A stretch of 63,002 bases of DNA, the filler included, from Octopus bimaculoides (Eukaryota), in assembly GCF_001194135.2 (NCBI RefSeq). It is 7 parts of 7 records of this genome, joined end to end, with 100 filler letters (N's around TTAATTAATTAA, not from the genome) between each part and the next. Parts side by side here need not be neighbours in the genome. Positions count along the whole stretch, not along the records: positions 32,455 to 44,956 come from NC_068987.1; positions 45,057 to 55,906 come from NW_026409345.1; 5 more parts are not named here. One strand, given 5' to 3'. The first letter of the stretch is position 1. Each line of letters begins with the position of its first letter. This document shows positions 39,604 through 51,480 of the stretch, in pieces. The notes beneath the pieces are model-generated. The model was not told where the DNA came from. It worked only from the letters and a program-made list of their open reading frames with translations, and searched no databases. The translations under genes were made by a program, and so were the position numbers.

Positions 39604-39649
39604 GACACCTGACGAAGGCTGGAGGGTATATCAGCCGAAACGTTGTGTT
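39604..39649 (+). ncRNA. Minimal type I hammerhead ribozyme (right arm)
   Basis: GACAC-CTGACGA-A-GGCTG(gagggtatat)CAGCC-GAAA-CG-TT-GTGTT. Stem I is 5 bp, stem II 5 bp, stem III is reduced to palindromic ACGU. Predicted cut after 39644. Confidence 0.75.
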
Positions 39650-40099
39650 AACAACAAACAAGATGAGGACAAATATCCATCAAATGTAAATAATGTAAAT
39701 AATGTAAATAATTCCTCATCTCTTAAATATAGAACTGTAAATAAAATTAGTAACAACTAAACGTGGTTACACATCTGCTGACCAAATAACCTTTTCATTT
39801 GCTGACATTCTTTTGAAAAACTCTAAAAATCAACCCCATGACTGAAGCAGTTGCACCTAAATAGATACATCTGATTACAAAGTCCTATATGTGTGGTTGA
39901 ATTTTGAACAATGACACAACTCCAAACTTAATCAATAAAAATGTCCATATCTTTCCATCAGAACCTACCCGACAACCTAATTATCATTCAACATGTCAAT
40001 ACCTACCCGAGAAGAATTAAACTTAGAAGAGACTATGTGAAGCCAAGATGAGCTTAAATGCTGGACAACACTGTGGACAAAAGTAGCTTATTATGGCAT

Positions 40100-41850
40100 T
40101 ACGTGGGAAAAGAACCCTCTAGTTTAACCAGGAAGTAAAAAGATACCATCCAAGCAAATAAGGAAGCATACAAAGTTTGGCTAGGAATCTAGTCTCCCTT
40201 TTTTCACAAGCAGTACACTAAGGTACAAAGAGTTGCAGCAAAGGCACTAAAAACATTGTTGAAGTCTAAGTCATGTATTCTGGCAGCCCATTCACTAACT
40301 TCATAACAAGAAGCCTTTTCCATACCTATCATTAAAAACTTGATTGGATTTTTCCCTCTACAGAGAAGTGTATGCTTGGGAGGTGAAGAGAAAACTTTGT
40401 TGATTACCTAAATCCAGTCACAATAAAATCTTCTGGTGGACATGAGGTGCATCTAGGGGTAAAGACTAATCTCAGATATACTGAAGTCACAGAAGCAATT
40501 AAAATACTCAAATGAGGCAAGGTTGCTGGAGAAGAGGAAATTCAGTCTGAGATGTTAAAAGCCTTAAACAGGAGATATTTTCTAGTTTACTTGTGTATGC
40601 TAGATGGCTTGGAATGCAGGAAAAATACCAAATCAATGTCAATCTGGGGGTGATAATCCCAATTTTTAAAAGGAGATATAAGAGAGAGTACTCTAATTAC
40701 AGAGGAATCTCANNNNNNNNNNTTATAGTCCATGCTAGGTATCCACTAACAAGATGAAGGAAAATTGTTGAGCCCAAGCTAGCTGAAGAACAATGTAGCT
40801 TCTTTCCAGGATGCAATACAACTGACTAGATAGTCACTCCATGGCAAGTCTTCAAGAAATTATAGGGATATTGCAAAGAGGTGTATGCTTGCTTTGTAGA
40901 TCTCAAAATGCCATATGACCACTTGCCATGTGACATACTGTGGAGGGTTTTGTAGGAGTTTGATATTAATGGGCAATTTCTAGCTGTCTTATATAAATGC
41001 CCAGATCTTTGCATTCAGGTAAAAGGTGCTATGTCAAAACTTTCAATGTGGATTTTAGACTTTGGCAAGGATGTGTATGGTCACTCCTACTTTTCATAAT
41101 TTTTATTAACTAGATTGACACGTGCAGTTGTTGTGGAAGTGATATCACAATTGGTGGGTCTAGGATTGGGTGATTGATAATTGCAAATGACATGGTGCTA
41201 TTTAGCTCTTCAGAAGATGATCTCAAACATGCACTGAATGGTTCACTGCCAAGAGTTGCAAGTCAAGGATGAGAAGTAGTGTTGTGAAGCTGGATACAGT
41301 GATTCTCTCAAGAAAGTCTTCGCAGTGCAGTCTGCATTTCAGTGGAATATCACTGAGACAAATGGAGAAATTTAAGTATCTTGAGACTGCATTCACCAGG
41401 CAAGAGGCTGAAGGCAAGAGGCAAGCGGCTGAATTGGATGCTAGAATTGCAGGTGCTAGTACAGTAATGTGCCAACTCTAGCATTTGATCCTCAGAAGGA
41501 GAGAGGTTGGTTAAAAAAAAGGCCAAACATGCTAACTTCAGATCAGTTTTTCTGCATATCATCAACTATGGTCAAGAATATTGGGTAATGAATGAAAGAG
41601 TATAATCGCAAATATGAGCAGCCAAAATGGGGTTCTTCCAAGGGATCTCTAGGATAACATGACTTGACAGGCTGTGTAGCTTAGAGATTAGGGAGTATTT
41701 CCACATTAAGAAATTACAGCTCCATTACTACAGACATGTACTCAGAATGTTGCAAGATAATTTCACAAGTTGTATTCTTCAGGACAAGCCAATGAGCAGG
41801 AGACCTAAGGATGGACGAAGAAGAAAATGGTTGAATAATATCCATTGTCT
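40100..41850 (+). mobile_element. RTE-clade LINE (second lineage), highly degenerate
   Basis: NQEVKDTIQANKEAYKVWL, KVAGEEEIQSEMLK, NYRGIS, CFVDLK, QGC, FRSVF.HIINYGQEYW and RRPKDGRR remnants. Confidence 0.8.
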
Positions 41851-43264
41851 TAATTGGTTCTGCAAAAACGTCTAATGACAGTTGATTCTGATTGGACCCT
41901 GGCGGAGGAGGAAGAGGCCTCTACCCCCATGACCCTCTCAAGAGTAGTGGGTGGAGATGTATGGGTAGATAGATGGATGAAAATGCAAAAGACATGCCTC
42001 TGTTGTTCCAGTGTTAACTATTATTGTATAATGATTACTAGAAGTATAGCAAGTTCCCTCAAATAAGAGGAAATTGTGAAAATACTCCAAATTAACCAAA
42101 ACACAATGAATGGTAAGATATATTTTTTAAAAGAAGTGATTAAAGAAAATTTATGAGACAACAATGAATTATATATTATTAGAAGTTCTCATATATTTTG
42201 TATATCAACTCGAAGGTGACTATCAATCATCTTATGTAGTATGTTAATTCAAATAATAACAAAGAAGTACCTCCAAAAGTTTGTGAAGTTCAGGTGTGAA
42301 TGAAATGGTACAAGTATATTCCAAAGTGTGAATGTTACTGATAGTTAAGTTGGCAAAGGGACAGAAACATATGTACACATGCACAAGATGCATGCAGTGT
42401 TTGCATAATGCGCAAGTGAGAGCAAGTGGGTTCTGTCTATGCATGCTTTCACATAAAGAAATCTATGAAAAGTGAATCAGCAATGGTATTAATTAATATA
42501 CATACATGAGTTTACATTTCTGATTAATGGGTGGTCCCTTGTGAAAACTGGGCCAGTTAGAAAAGTAGGATAGCTTGTTTTTAAAGTTTTGTACTGTAAA
42601 CAGCAGGTATAGATGATAGGTTTGTAGCAAATTTTGGGTTTGTTTTTGGTGTGATCTAATGTTGATCTCTAATAAAGTAATCTGGGTTACCTGGTGACTG
42701 CGGTATCTGATTTTATTACTGGTCTACTCTGATTATTATCATGTCTGTGGTAGATGTCTAAATGAACCAAAAATATGAACAAAACAAATGACTTCTGCTG
42801 TTATGAGGCTTATCAAGAAACTGGGCATTGACAAACTAAACAATACAATCTGTCCTTATGTGATTTCTATTGTACTTTACTTTTTGTGTATTTCAGTGTG
42901 TGTGTGGAGGTGGTGGGGTATAAATCCTCTTTCCACTGGCTGAACTACCAAAGAAAAGGGTTTTATTTTGTCTTGAGGTCATTTAAATTATCTCTTCCTT
43001 TTAAATTCGAAAATCTTCATCTACAAAACTGGGGTCATGTGATCAGAGAAACAAATATATGAGTGAAAGTTTATTTAATGGATAGCATACCCATGTCATC
43101 AAAAATGCTGTTTGTTTTGTTACTGATGGAAAATAGTACATCAAAACAATGGGAGAAACCACTGATAAATGTTAGCACTCAAATCACTTGAATAACCAGA
43201 TGCAGTTCTAACGTCTTGGTTGAAAATATTATCATCCATGTAATACATACATATCCCTGTAATA

Positions 43265-44956
43265 TATCATCATCATCATCATCGTTTAACATCCACTTTC
43301 CATGCTAGCATGGGTTGGACGATTTGACTGAGGACTGGCGAACCAGATGGCTACGCCAGGCTCCAATCTGATTTGGCAGAGTTTCTACAGCTGGATGCCC
43401 TTCCTAATGCCAACCACTCCGAGAGTGTAGTGGGTGCTTTTACGTCCCACCGGCACGAAGGCCAGTTAGGTGGTACTGGCAACGGCCACACTCAAAATGG
43501 TGTATTTTATGTGCCACCTGNNNNNNNNNNNNNNNNNNNNNNNNNNNNNNNNNNNNNNNNNNNNNNNNNNNNNNNNNNNNNNNNNNNNNNNNNNNNNNNN
43601 NNNNNNNNNNNNNNNNNNNNNNNNNNNNNNNNNNNNNNNNNNNNNNNNNNNNNNNNNNNNNNNNNNNNNNNNNNNNNNNNNNNNNNNNNNNNNNNNNNNN
43701 NNNNNNNNNNNNNNNNNNNNNNNNNNNNNNNNNNNNNNNNNNNNNNNNNNNNNNNNNNNNNNNNNNNNNNNNNNNNNNNNNNNNNNNNNNNNNNNNNNNN
43801 NNNNNNNNNNNNNNNNNNNNNNNNNNNNNNNNNNNNNNNNNNNNNNNNNNNNNNNNNNNNNNNNNNNNNNNNNNNNNNNNNNNNNNNNNNNNNNNNNNNN
43901 NNNNNNNNNNNNAAGAAAGGTACGCATAAGTGGGCTAGCTACACCCCTGGCAGAGGCCTTGGATTATGGTCTCACTTGGCTTGCCGGATCTTCTCACACA
44001 CAGCATATTACCAAAGGTCTCGGTAACAAGTCATTGCCTCGGTGAAGCCTAATGTTTGAAGGTCGTGCTTCACCACCTCATCCCAGGTCTTCCTGGGTCT
44101 ACCTCTTCCACAGGTTCCCTCAACCACACAGTTATCCTCATCCATTCTCACCACATGACCATACCAGCGCAATCGTCTCTCTTGCACACCACAACTGATG
44201 CTTCTTAGGTTCAACTTTTCATTCAAGGTACTTGCACTCTGTTGAGTATGCACACCAGCAGAGGTAAGAGCTCTCTGAACTTTGCTCAGGCTATTCTTAT
44301 TCTAGCAGCTACACTTTCAGCGCACCCTCCCCCACTACTAACTTGGTTGCCTAGATAGCAGAAGCTATCAACTACGTCTAGTTTTTCTCCCTTGAATGTG
44401 GCAGAAGTTGTTTTCTGCACATTTTCAGTGTTTATTGCTCCTGNNNNNNNNNNGTGTATTTTATGTGCCACCTGCACAGGAGCCAGTCCGGTGGCACTGG
44501 CAATGACCTCACTTGAATGTCTTTTCATCTGCTACTGGCACAAATGCCAGGAAGGTGACGCTGGTAACGATTACGCTCAAATGGTGCTACTTACATGCCA
44601 CTGGCACGGTAGCCAGACAGCTGCTCTGGCAATGATCACGCTTGGATGGTGCTTTTAATGCTCCACTGGTACAGGTGCCATCACAATTTCACTTTCACTT
44701 GTCCCAACAGGTCTTTGCAAGCCGAGTTTAGTGTCCAATGAAGGAGACGTTGGCATGGGTGCCAGTCGTCAAATTTAGTTCGATTTCGATTTCACTTGCC
44801 TCAACAGGTCTTCACAAGCGGAGTTCATTGTCCAAAGAAAGAAAGGTACGCATAAGTGGGCTAGCTACACCCCTGGCAGAGGCCTTGGATTATGGTCTCA
44901 CTTGGCTTGCCGGATCTTCTCACACACAGCATATTACCAAAGGTCTCGGTAACAAG
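43265..44956 (-). mobile_element. RTE LINE 3' end and 3' UTR (same family as 32660-34445), internally deleted and partly mis-assembled
   Basis: (CAT)n-TCGTTTAACATCCACTTTCCATGCTAGCATGGG tail. The minus frame LNLRSISCGVQERRLRWYGHVVR is nearly identical to 34260-34440. Confidence 0.85.
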
Positions 44957-45068
44957 NNNNNNNNNNNNNNNNNNNNNNNNNNNNNNNNNNNNNNNNNNNN
45001 TTAATTAATTAANNNNNNNNNNNNNNNNNNNNNNNNNNNNNNNNNNNNNNNNNNNNAAAGAACCAAAG

Positions 45069-45184
45069 TTTATGAACTCATCCATGAAAATCCACAGTCA
45101 CATATAAAAATACTTATTTATCATGCATTTACTTGTTGATTATTTTTATATGTGACTGTGGATTTTCATGGATGAGTTCATAAA
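45069..45184. repeat. Perfect 44-bp inverted repeat with 28-nt spacer
   Basis: 45069-45112 is the exact reverse complement of 45141-45184. Confidence 0.95.
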
Positions 45185-46594
45185 TATATATATACATATA
45201 TTTACATATATACATACATTTAATTAGATGTATATATACATGTATATACATATATATATACATATATATGTATATACAACCATACTGATGTAGGCAGTAT
45301 AGACCATTACAATAAACAATTCTCTTTGGAATGGTCTATACTGGCTACCTCGGTTCCCTACGACAAAGGTAAGGATTTTTGTCCTCTTTGTAACTTGGAG
45401 CTTTTCCATATTCTGTTCTCCAAGAATCACCTAGTTAACCAGATAACACAGAGAGCGTATCGATGTCAGCACTGGCAGAGACATACCTTCATTTATTATC
45501 ATTAATTCCATTCTTCCAACTAGTTTAAGGTTTTAGGTATTATTATTATTATTTATTATTATTATTATTATTTCTCCTTTTTTAATTTTTTTTAATTTTT
45601 ACCAATTGTCCTCTGAACAGTATCTTTTAATATAGTCTCAAATAATATCTACTTCTGCATCCACCGCTACTTGTCTTTTATTTTCCCCTTCTGTAGTTGG
45701 TTAGTAATTCCTTCCCAGTAATGCTACTTGAGTTTTCCTTGTACCACTAGTAACTTTAACTAAATATACCCGATCATCTCCTTGTAAGCATGTATATTAT
45801 TATTATTATTATTATTATTTCTCAACTAAATATCCTGTACCTTGTTCTACCACTGATTTGCGTTAACTTTTGTATATTGATATATTACAAGGCAATGTTG
45901 TTTCATTTATCATGTTTACATTCTTCGCTTCAAATCAGTATGTTATTAATTTTAATATTTTTAATATAATCTTAAACAATATCTATTTCTGCCTCCATTG
46001 CCACTTGTTCTTTGATTTCCCCTTCTATAGTTGGTTAAGTAAATTCTTCCTAGTAATGCCACATTGGCTGTGTTTGTTCCATCAGTAACTTTAACTAAAT
46101 ATTCCCGATCTTCTTGTAAGCTTGTATATTATTATTATTACTATTTCTCAACTAAACACCCTGTACCTTGTTTTACCATTAATTTGCGTTAATATCCGTA
46201 TATTAATATAATATATTACAAGGCTATAATGCTTTATTTATTTTTTTATATTTACATTCTTTGCCTTATATTAGTATGTTATTATTTATTTCCTTAAGGA
46301 GAAATTTTTTTATACATCACGAACTTTCTTGATTTTCTCCCTTCCTCCACATTTGAATTAGCTTATAGTTTACGGCTTCAGCTTACTATACTGTGATCCA
46401 TTTTGCCCTCCTTCCCCCCATTTTAATAATTTAATTTAAACCTTTAGTATAGCGTTTACAGCCCCCTCCCATTATAACTCTATGTAACCCAGCTTTCTTA
46501 CTTCTAATGGTCACTTACTTGGCCATATAATATTATAACATTATAACTCATAAGTAACCTTTCATTTCACATTTGTCTTGCTTCTATATATGTT

Positions 46595-46686
46595 GGTTCC
46601 CTGACGAAGTATATATGTGCAATTCCAGCAGCTCTTACTTCTTTGGAGTAGAATGCACATATATTTTGAAACATATGTAGGGATTA
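46595..46686 (+). ncRNA. Type I hammerhead ribozyme with extended stem II
   Basis: GGTTCC-CTGACGA-agtATATATGTGCA...TGCACATATATttt-GAAA-CATATG-TA-GGGATT. Core intact, palindromic stem III ACATATGT, cleavage triplet GUA. Confidence 0.7.
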
Positions 46687-46902
46687 AAGGAACTTTTATT
46701 TATATGTGTTTTGCTCCATTTATTGTTGTTATTCATATCTACTCAAAATGCATCGCTTTAACTTGGTATCTCTACCTATAAAACGGGTGTGATATCCTGG
46801 TTTTTTTGTGTGATTTTTGCTACCCATGGTAACTATTAACATATTTACATTGTCAAAGTTTTTTAAACTGAGATAATATTAATGTATACATAAACTAACA
46901 AA

Positions 46903-46946
<44 letters not shown>

Positions 46947-47762
46947 TGCACACACGCACACACACACACATGCANNNNNNNNNNNNNNNNNNNNNNNNNN
47001 NNNNNNNNNNNNNNNNNNNNNNNNNNNNNNNNNNNNNNNNNNNNNNNNNNNNNNNNNNNNNNNNNNNNNNNNNNNNNNNNNNNNNNNNNNNNNNNNNNNN
47101 NNNNNNNNNNNNNNNNNNNNNNNNNNNNNNNNNNNNNNNNNNNNNNNNNNNNNNNNNNNNNNNNNNNNNNNNNNNNNNNNNNNNNNNNNNNNNNNNNNNN
47201 NNNNNNNNNNNNNNNNNNNNNNNNNNNNNNNNNNNNNNNNNNNNNNNNNNNNNNNNNNNNNNNNNNNNNNNNNNNNNNNNNNNNNNNNNNNNNNNNNNNN
47301 NNNNNNNNNNNNNNNNNNNNNNNNNNNNNNNNNNNNNNNNNNNNNNNNNNNNNNNNNNNNNNNNNNNNNNNNNNNNNNNNNNNNNNNNNNNNNNNNNNNN
47401 NNNNNNNNNNNNNNNNNNNNNNNNNNNNNNNNNNNNNNNNNNNNNNNNNNNNNNNNNNNNNNNNNNNNNNNNNNNNNNNNNNNNNNNNNNNNNNNNNNNN
47501 NNNNNNNNNNNNNNNNNNNNNNNNNNNNNNNNNNNNNNNNNNNNNNNNNNNNNNNNNNNNNNNNNNNNNNNNNNNNNNNNNNNNNNNNNNNNNNNNNNNN
47601 NNNNNNNNNNNNNNNNNNNNNNNNNNNNNNNNNNNNNNNNNNNNNNNNNNNNNNNNNNNNNNNNNNNNNNNNNNNNNNNNNNNNNNNNNNNNNNNNNNNN
47701 NNNNNNNNNNNNNNNNNNNNNNNNNNNNNNNNNNNNNNNNNNNNNNNNNNNNNNNNNNNNNN

Positions 47763-47805
<43 letters not shown>

Positions 47806-48409
47806 TAAACACACATGTATATCAATACATATATATGCACATACATATATATGTATACATACATCAATATACCCAAATATGAATGCATACATATATGAAT
47901 AAACATGTATATATATATACACGCATATATGAATACAGATATATATTATTATACACTTATATAAATACACACGTACATCAATATACATATATCAATACAA
48001 ATTCAGAAAAAGATTTTTTTTTTTAAATGAAAAAACTTTCTAACTACAAAATTACAAGACAAAAAGAACGAGACAATATATTTTAGGAAAGAAAGCTTTA
48101 GAACTACTGGGAAATTGCAGGTGTGTTAAGGGTTAATGTTTTTTTTTCTTTAATGCATGCATATGTGTGCATGTGTGTGCATGTGTGTAAGTATTTATGG
48201 CTGAACATGTATATGTGGTATATGCAGTTTAATACACTATAGATATTTGACAGAAACAATAGATATATACTCATGTGTAGTTGAGTGTGTGCATTTATTA
48301 TATATATACATATATATTATATATATATGCATTTACAAACACACACATACATATGCACAAATATGCATGCATATGTAAGCATACATACATTTATACATGC
48401 ATATACTTG

Positions 48410-48449
<40 letters not shown>

Positions 48450-48671
48450 TACACATACCCACACACACATATATATATACATGCACATACAGACGCAGAC
48501 ACACACACAGAGCCCCCCCCCCATTTTAACTGTGAATGCTTATTGAATTGAATTTCATTGTGTGATGATTTACCACAATAATTATAGTGATAAATCATGA
48601 GATGTCAGTCAGTAATCAGCATTTTTAGTTATGATTTTAATAATATTAATAATAATAATAATAATAATAAT

Positions 48672-49050
48672 AATCCTTTCTACTATAGGCCCCAGGTTTG
48701 GAATTTGTTGGGAGGGAGATAGTCGATCACATCAGCCCCAGTACCTGACTGATACCTAATTTATCAATCCCGATACGATGAACGGTGAAGAGACCTCGGC
48801 AGAATTTGAACTCAGAGCGTAGTGATGGGCAAAATACTGCTAAGAATTTCTCCTGACATGCTAATGATTCTGCCAGCTCACTGCCTTAATAAAAATGATA
48901 ATAATTCTTTCTACTATAGGCACAAGGTCTGGAATTTGGAAGGAAGGGGCTAGTTGATTACATCATCCCCAGTACCCTGATGGGTATTTGTTTTATTGAC
49001 CCTGAAAGGGTAAGTCAACTTTGGCAGAGTTTGAGTTCAGAATGTGAAGA
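48672..49050 (-). mobile_element. Two family-B tRNA SINEs in tandem (full + partial)
   Basis: Colinear with 1981-2193, each with a (TAA)n tail. Confidence 0.8.
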
Positions 49051-49149
49051 ACACAATAATCTGTAACTCAATGATTAGTTCATAAATGAACTTGGTCAGA
49101 GGACATTGAAATGCCTCCTACTGAATTGGAAATTAATTGTGAATCCTTT

Positions 49150-51480
49150 ATAACCTTTCTGCATATCTGTACGGTCACACAGATAAATAAAATATCACAC
49201 CACTCTTGCTTAAGTCATGTTTGCACATTGAAGGGCTTAACTTTCTACCCTTCCGACTACACAAGCCATTAAATCAAGCCTGTGTGTAGATGATGGCAAC
49301 ATTCATGAAAATGAATATGCAACCAAACTTTCAGAAAAACACAGTGTCAAAAACGTTTTTACAGATCTACAAATGTAATGAGCAGGTCTTGATTGTTCCC
49401 CTATATTTCTCCTGAAGATGCCTTATAATATCAACTGCATGTTAACCCTTGCAAAAGCTGAACTGTGATTAGAGTATTTTCAGAATGACTTTGGGTAGGA
49501 CCTTCTTAACAATGGCCAAAGGTGTTATACTCTTGTTGTTGAAGCAAAAAGATTTGTTTTTTCTGTTTTTGTTATTGGTTAAGATGTTAGCATTCTTTCA
49601 GGGTTGCAATATATACTCCTGGATCATTGCTTCTGTGATGTGGCATCGAAGCTCCCTTGTACAGAAATAACCATTCTCTTTCAAATTCTCTGCTGGATTG
49701 GAATGCAGTCCAATCAAGAACATATCTTTAGCAAAGGTTTGTCAATGTGCTGGATAATGGGCATTTCATAAAATTCCTCTTTGAGTTTCCAGATCTGGTT
49801 CAGGCTGGTTGAAAATTTTTCCTCAACACCACTATAATTGACTGGTCTTTTAGCAGCGATGTCTGAAGAATTAACTAATGCCATGGAACTATTAATGGAT
49901 GTATCTTTATTGCAGCATTGAAATGGTGTATTTTGTGTCTGTCTGAATTTATATGAATTTCTTGAGGTTTTGCAATTCATGATTCATTTTTCAAAGAATG
50001 CATGAAATACTGAGTTAATACATTTTCGGTGTATGATAAAGAATTACTTGGAGCAACCCTGCATGTTTTGGGAACATCATTGAGAATTTTTCTAACTGTA
50101 CTTGAATTTTCATATTAGTCTTGACATTTTTTTTTGTCTTGAATCTGATAGTTTGGCAGTATCATCATGAACTATAAAACAGAAGAGGAATTGTTTGTCA
50201 TCATATCAGCCTCCAAGGTGATAAGTACCTTTGAAACATTTAGTTTGACAACTAAAGTATAACACAAGTCCTTATAAATATTGAGATATTTGGACCTGCA
50301 GCAATTGAGTTACTTGATGCATGATACAATTGAGCATCGTAAGGAGCTCTCTTGCAATCTTATTGTGATAGTCTATCCAGTACTCAGTTTCATTCTTATT
50401 GCAAGGCTGAGCAGAAAATTGTTCAGTTCTACCCATGTGACATCATCATCATCGTCGTTTAACGTCCTCTTTCCATGCTAGCATGGGTTGGACGATCTGA
50501 CTGAGGACTGGTGGACCAGGGGGCGACACCAGGCTCCAATCTGATTTGGCAGAGTTTCTACAGTTGGATGCCCTTCCTAATACCAACCACTCCGAGAGTG
50601 TAGTGGGTGCTTTTACGTGCCACCAGCACGAGGGCCAGTCAAGCAGTACTGGGAACGGCCACGTTCAAAATGGTGTATTTTACATGCCACCCGCACAGAA
50701 GCCAGTCCAGTGGCACTGGCAACGACCTCGCTCGAATTTCTTACTGGCAACGGCCACGCTCGAAATAGTGTATTTTACAAGTGTAGCCATTGCCAGTAAG
50801 ACATTCGAGTGAGATTGTTGCCAGTGCCATGATATACTCAATAACAAGCTAGCATTTGAATCATGGCTGCATCCAAGAGGTTTTGTATTTATTATTTTCA
50901 AAGAAGAACGGTGCTGACAATGGTGAAGTCATGCCCTGCTGACTGACGAAGAAGTGTAATTTCGCTGATGTCAGTTTTCAGAACATAATGGTTGATAAAT
51001 GCTTGATCATAGGTTTTTCTAGTCCTCCCTGCTCTGCATTAAAATAATTTATTAGAAGAAATAACTCTGTCCTTCTTAATATTTAATGTCTGATAGAAAT
51101 GGTCTTTGTCCTGACTATCAGATGGCAGACTTGGTGCATTGGTATTCAATATTACTATGACATAATGGTTCTTTACAAGTGAATATTGAAGTGACATTAG
51201 CCACTCCTTATTGCCAGCTAAAGCCACACTCAGATTAGACTGCAGACTGTTCCTTTAGCAAAGCCAACATTATGCTTTTGATATTCACCCTTGGGGATGC
51301 TCATCCAAATGAAGCTGTGACCCTCATCAGCTTATTGATTGAAATTAGTCTAAATAGCCCCGATGAGAGCAACAATCTCTATATTGTAGCACCTTAGTTC
51401 ACTGACTGTGAGAGCTGTTGAACACTGGTGTTAGCTTGATCATTTACTGACACTAAACAGTGTCCATGTATTCCACATTA
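49150..51480 (-). mobile_element. RTE (BovB-like) LINE, APE endonuclease to RT start, degenerate
   Basis: NAPSLPSDSQDKDHFYQTL (APE region), IHPLIVP..LLKDQS and IPQELKDANIL..KSITPLAIVKKVLPKVILKIL. Interrupted by the insertion at 50440-50840. Confidence 0.75.
50440..50840 (-). mobile_element. RTE 3'-tail fragment nested in an older LINE
   Basis: Near-identical to 43265-43520. Confidence 0.85.

Larger units (their letters stand above)
39187..39737. mobile_element. Palindromic non-autonomous retroelement: two divergent tRNA-head + hammerhead units, 11-bp TSD
   Basis: Arms of ~250 bp are reverse complements around 39447/39448. TAAATAAAATT direct repeats at 39176-39186 and 39738-39748. Confidence 0.88.

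Noticed and set aside
42244-42468. Open phase 0-0 minus-strand exon candidate containing CALCKHC
   Set aside because: Weak donor (gtactt), TG/CA-rich composition and no recognisable domain.
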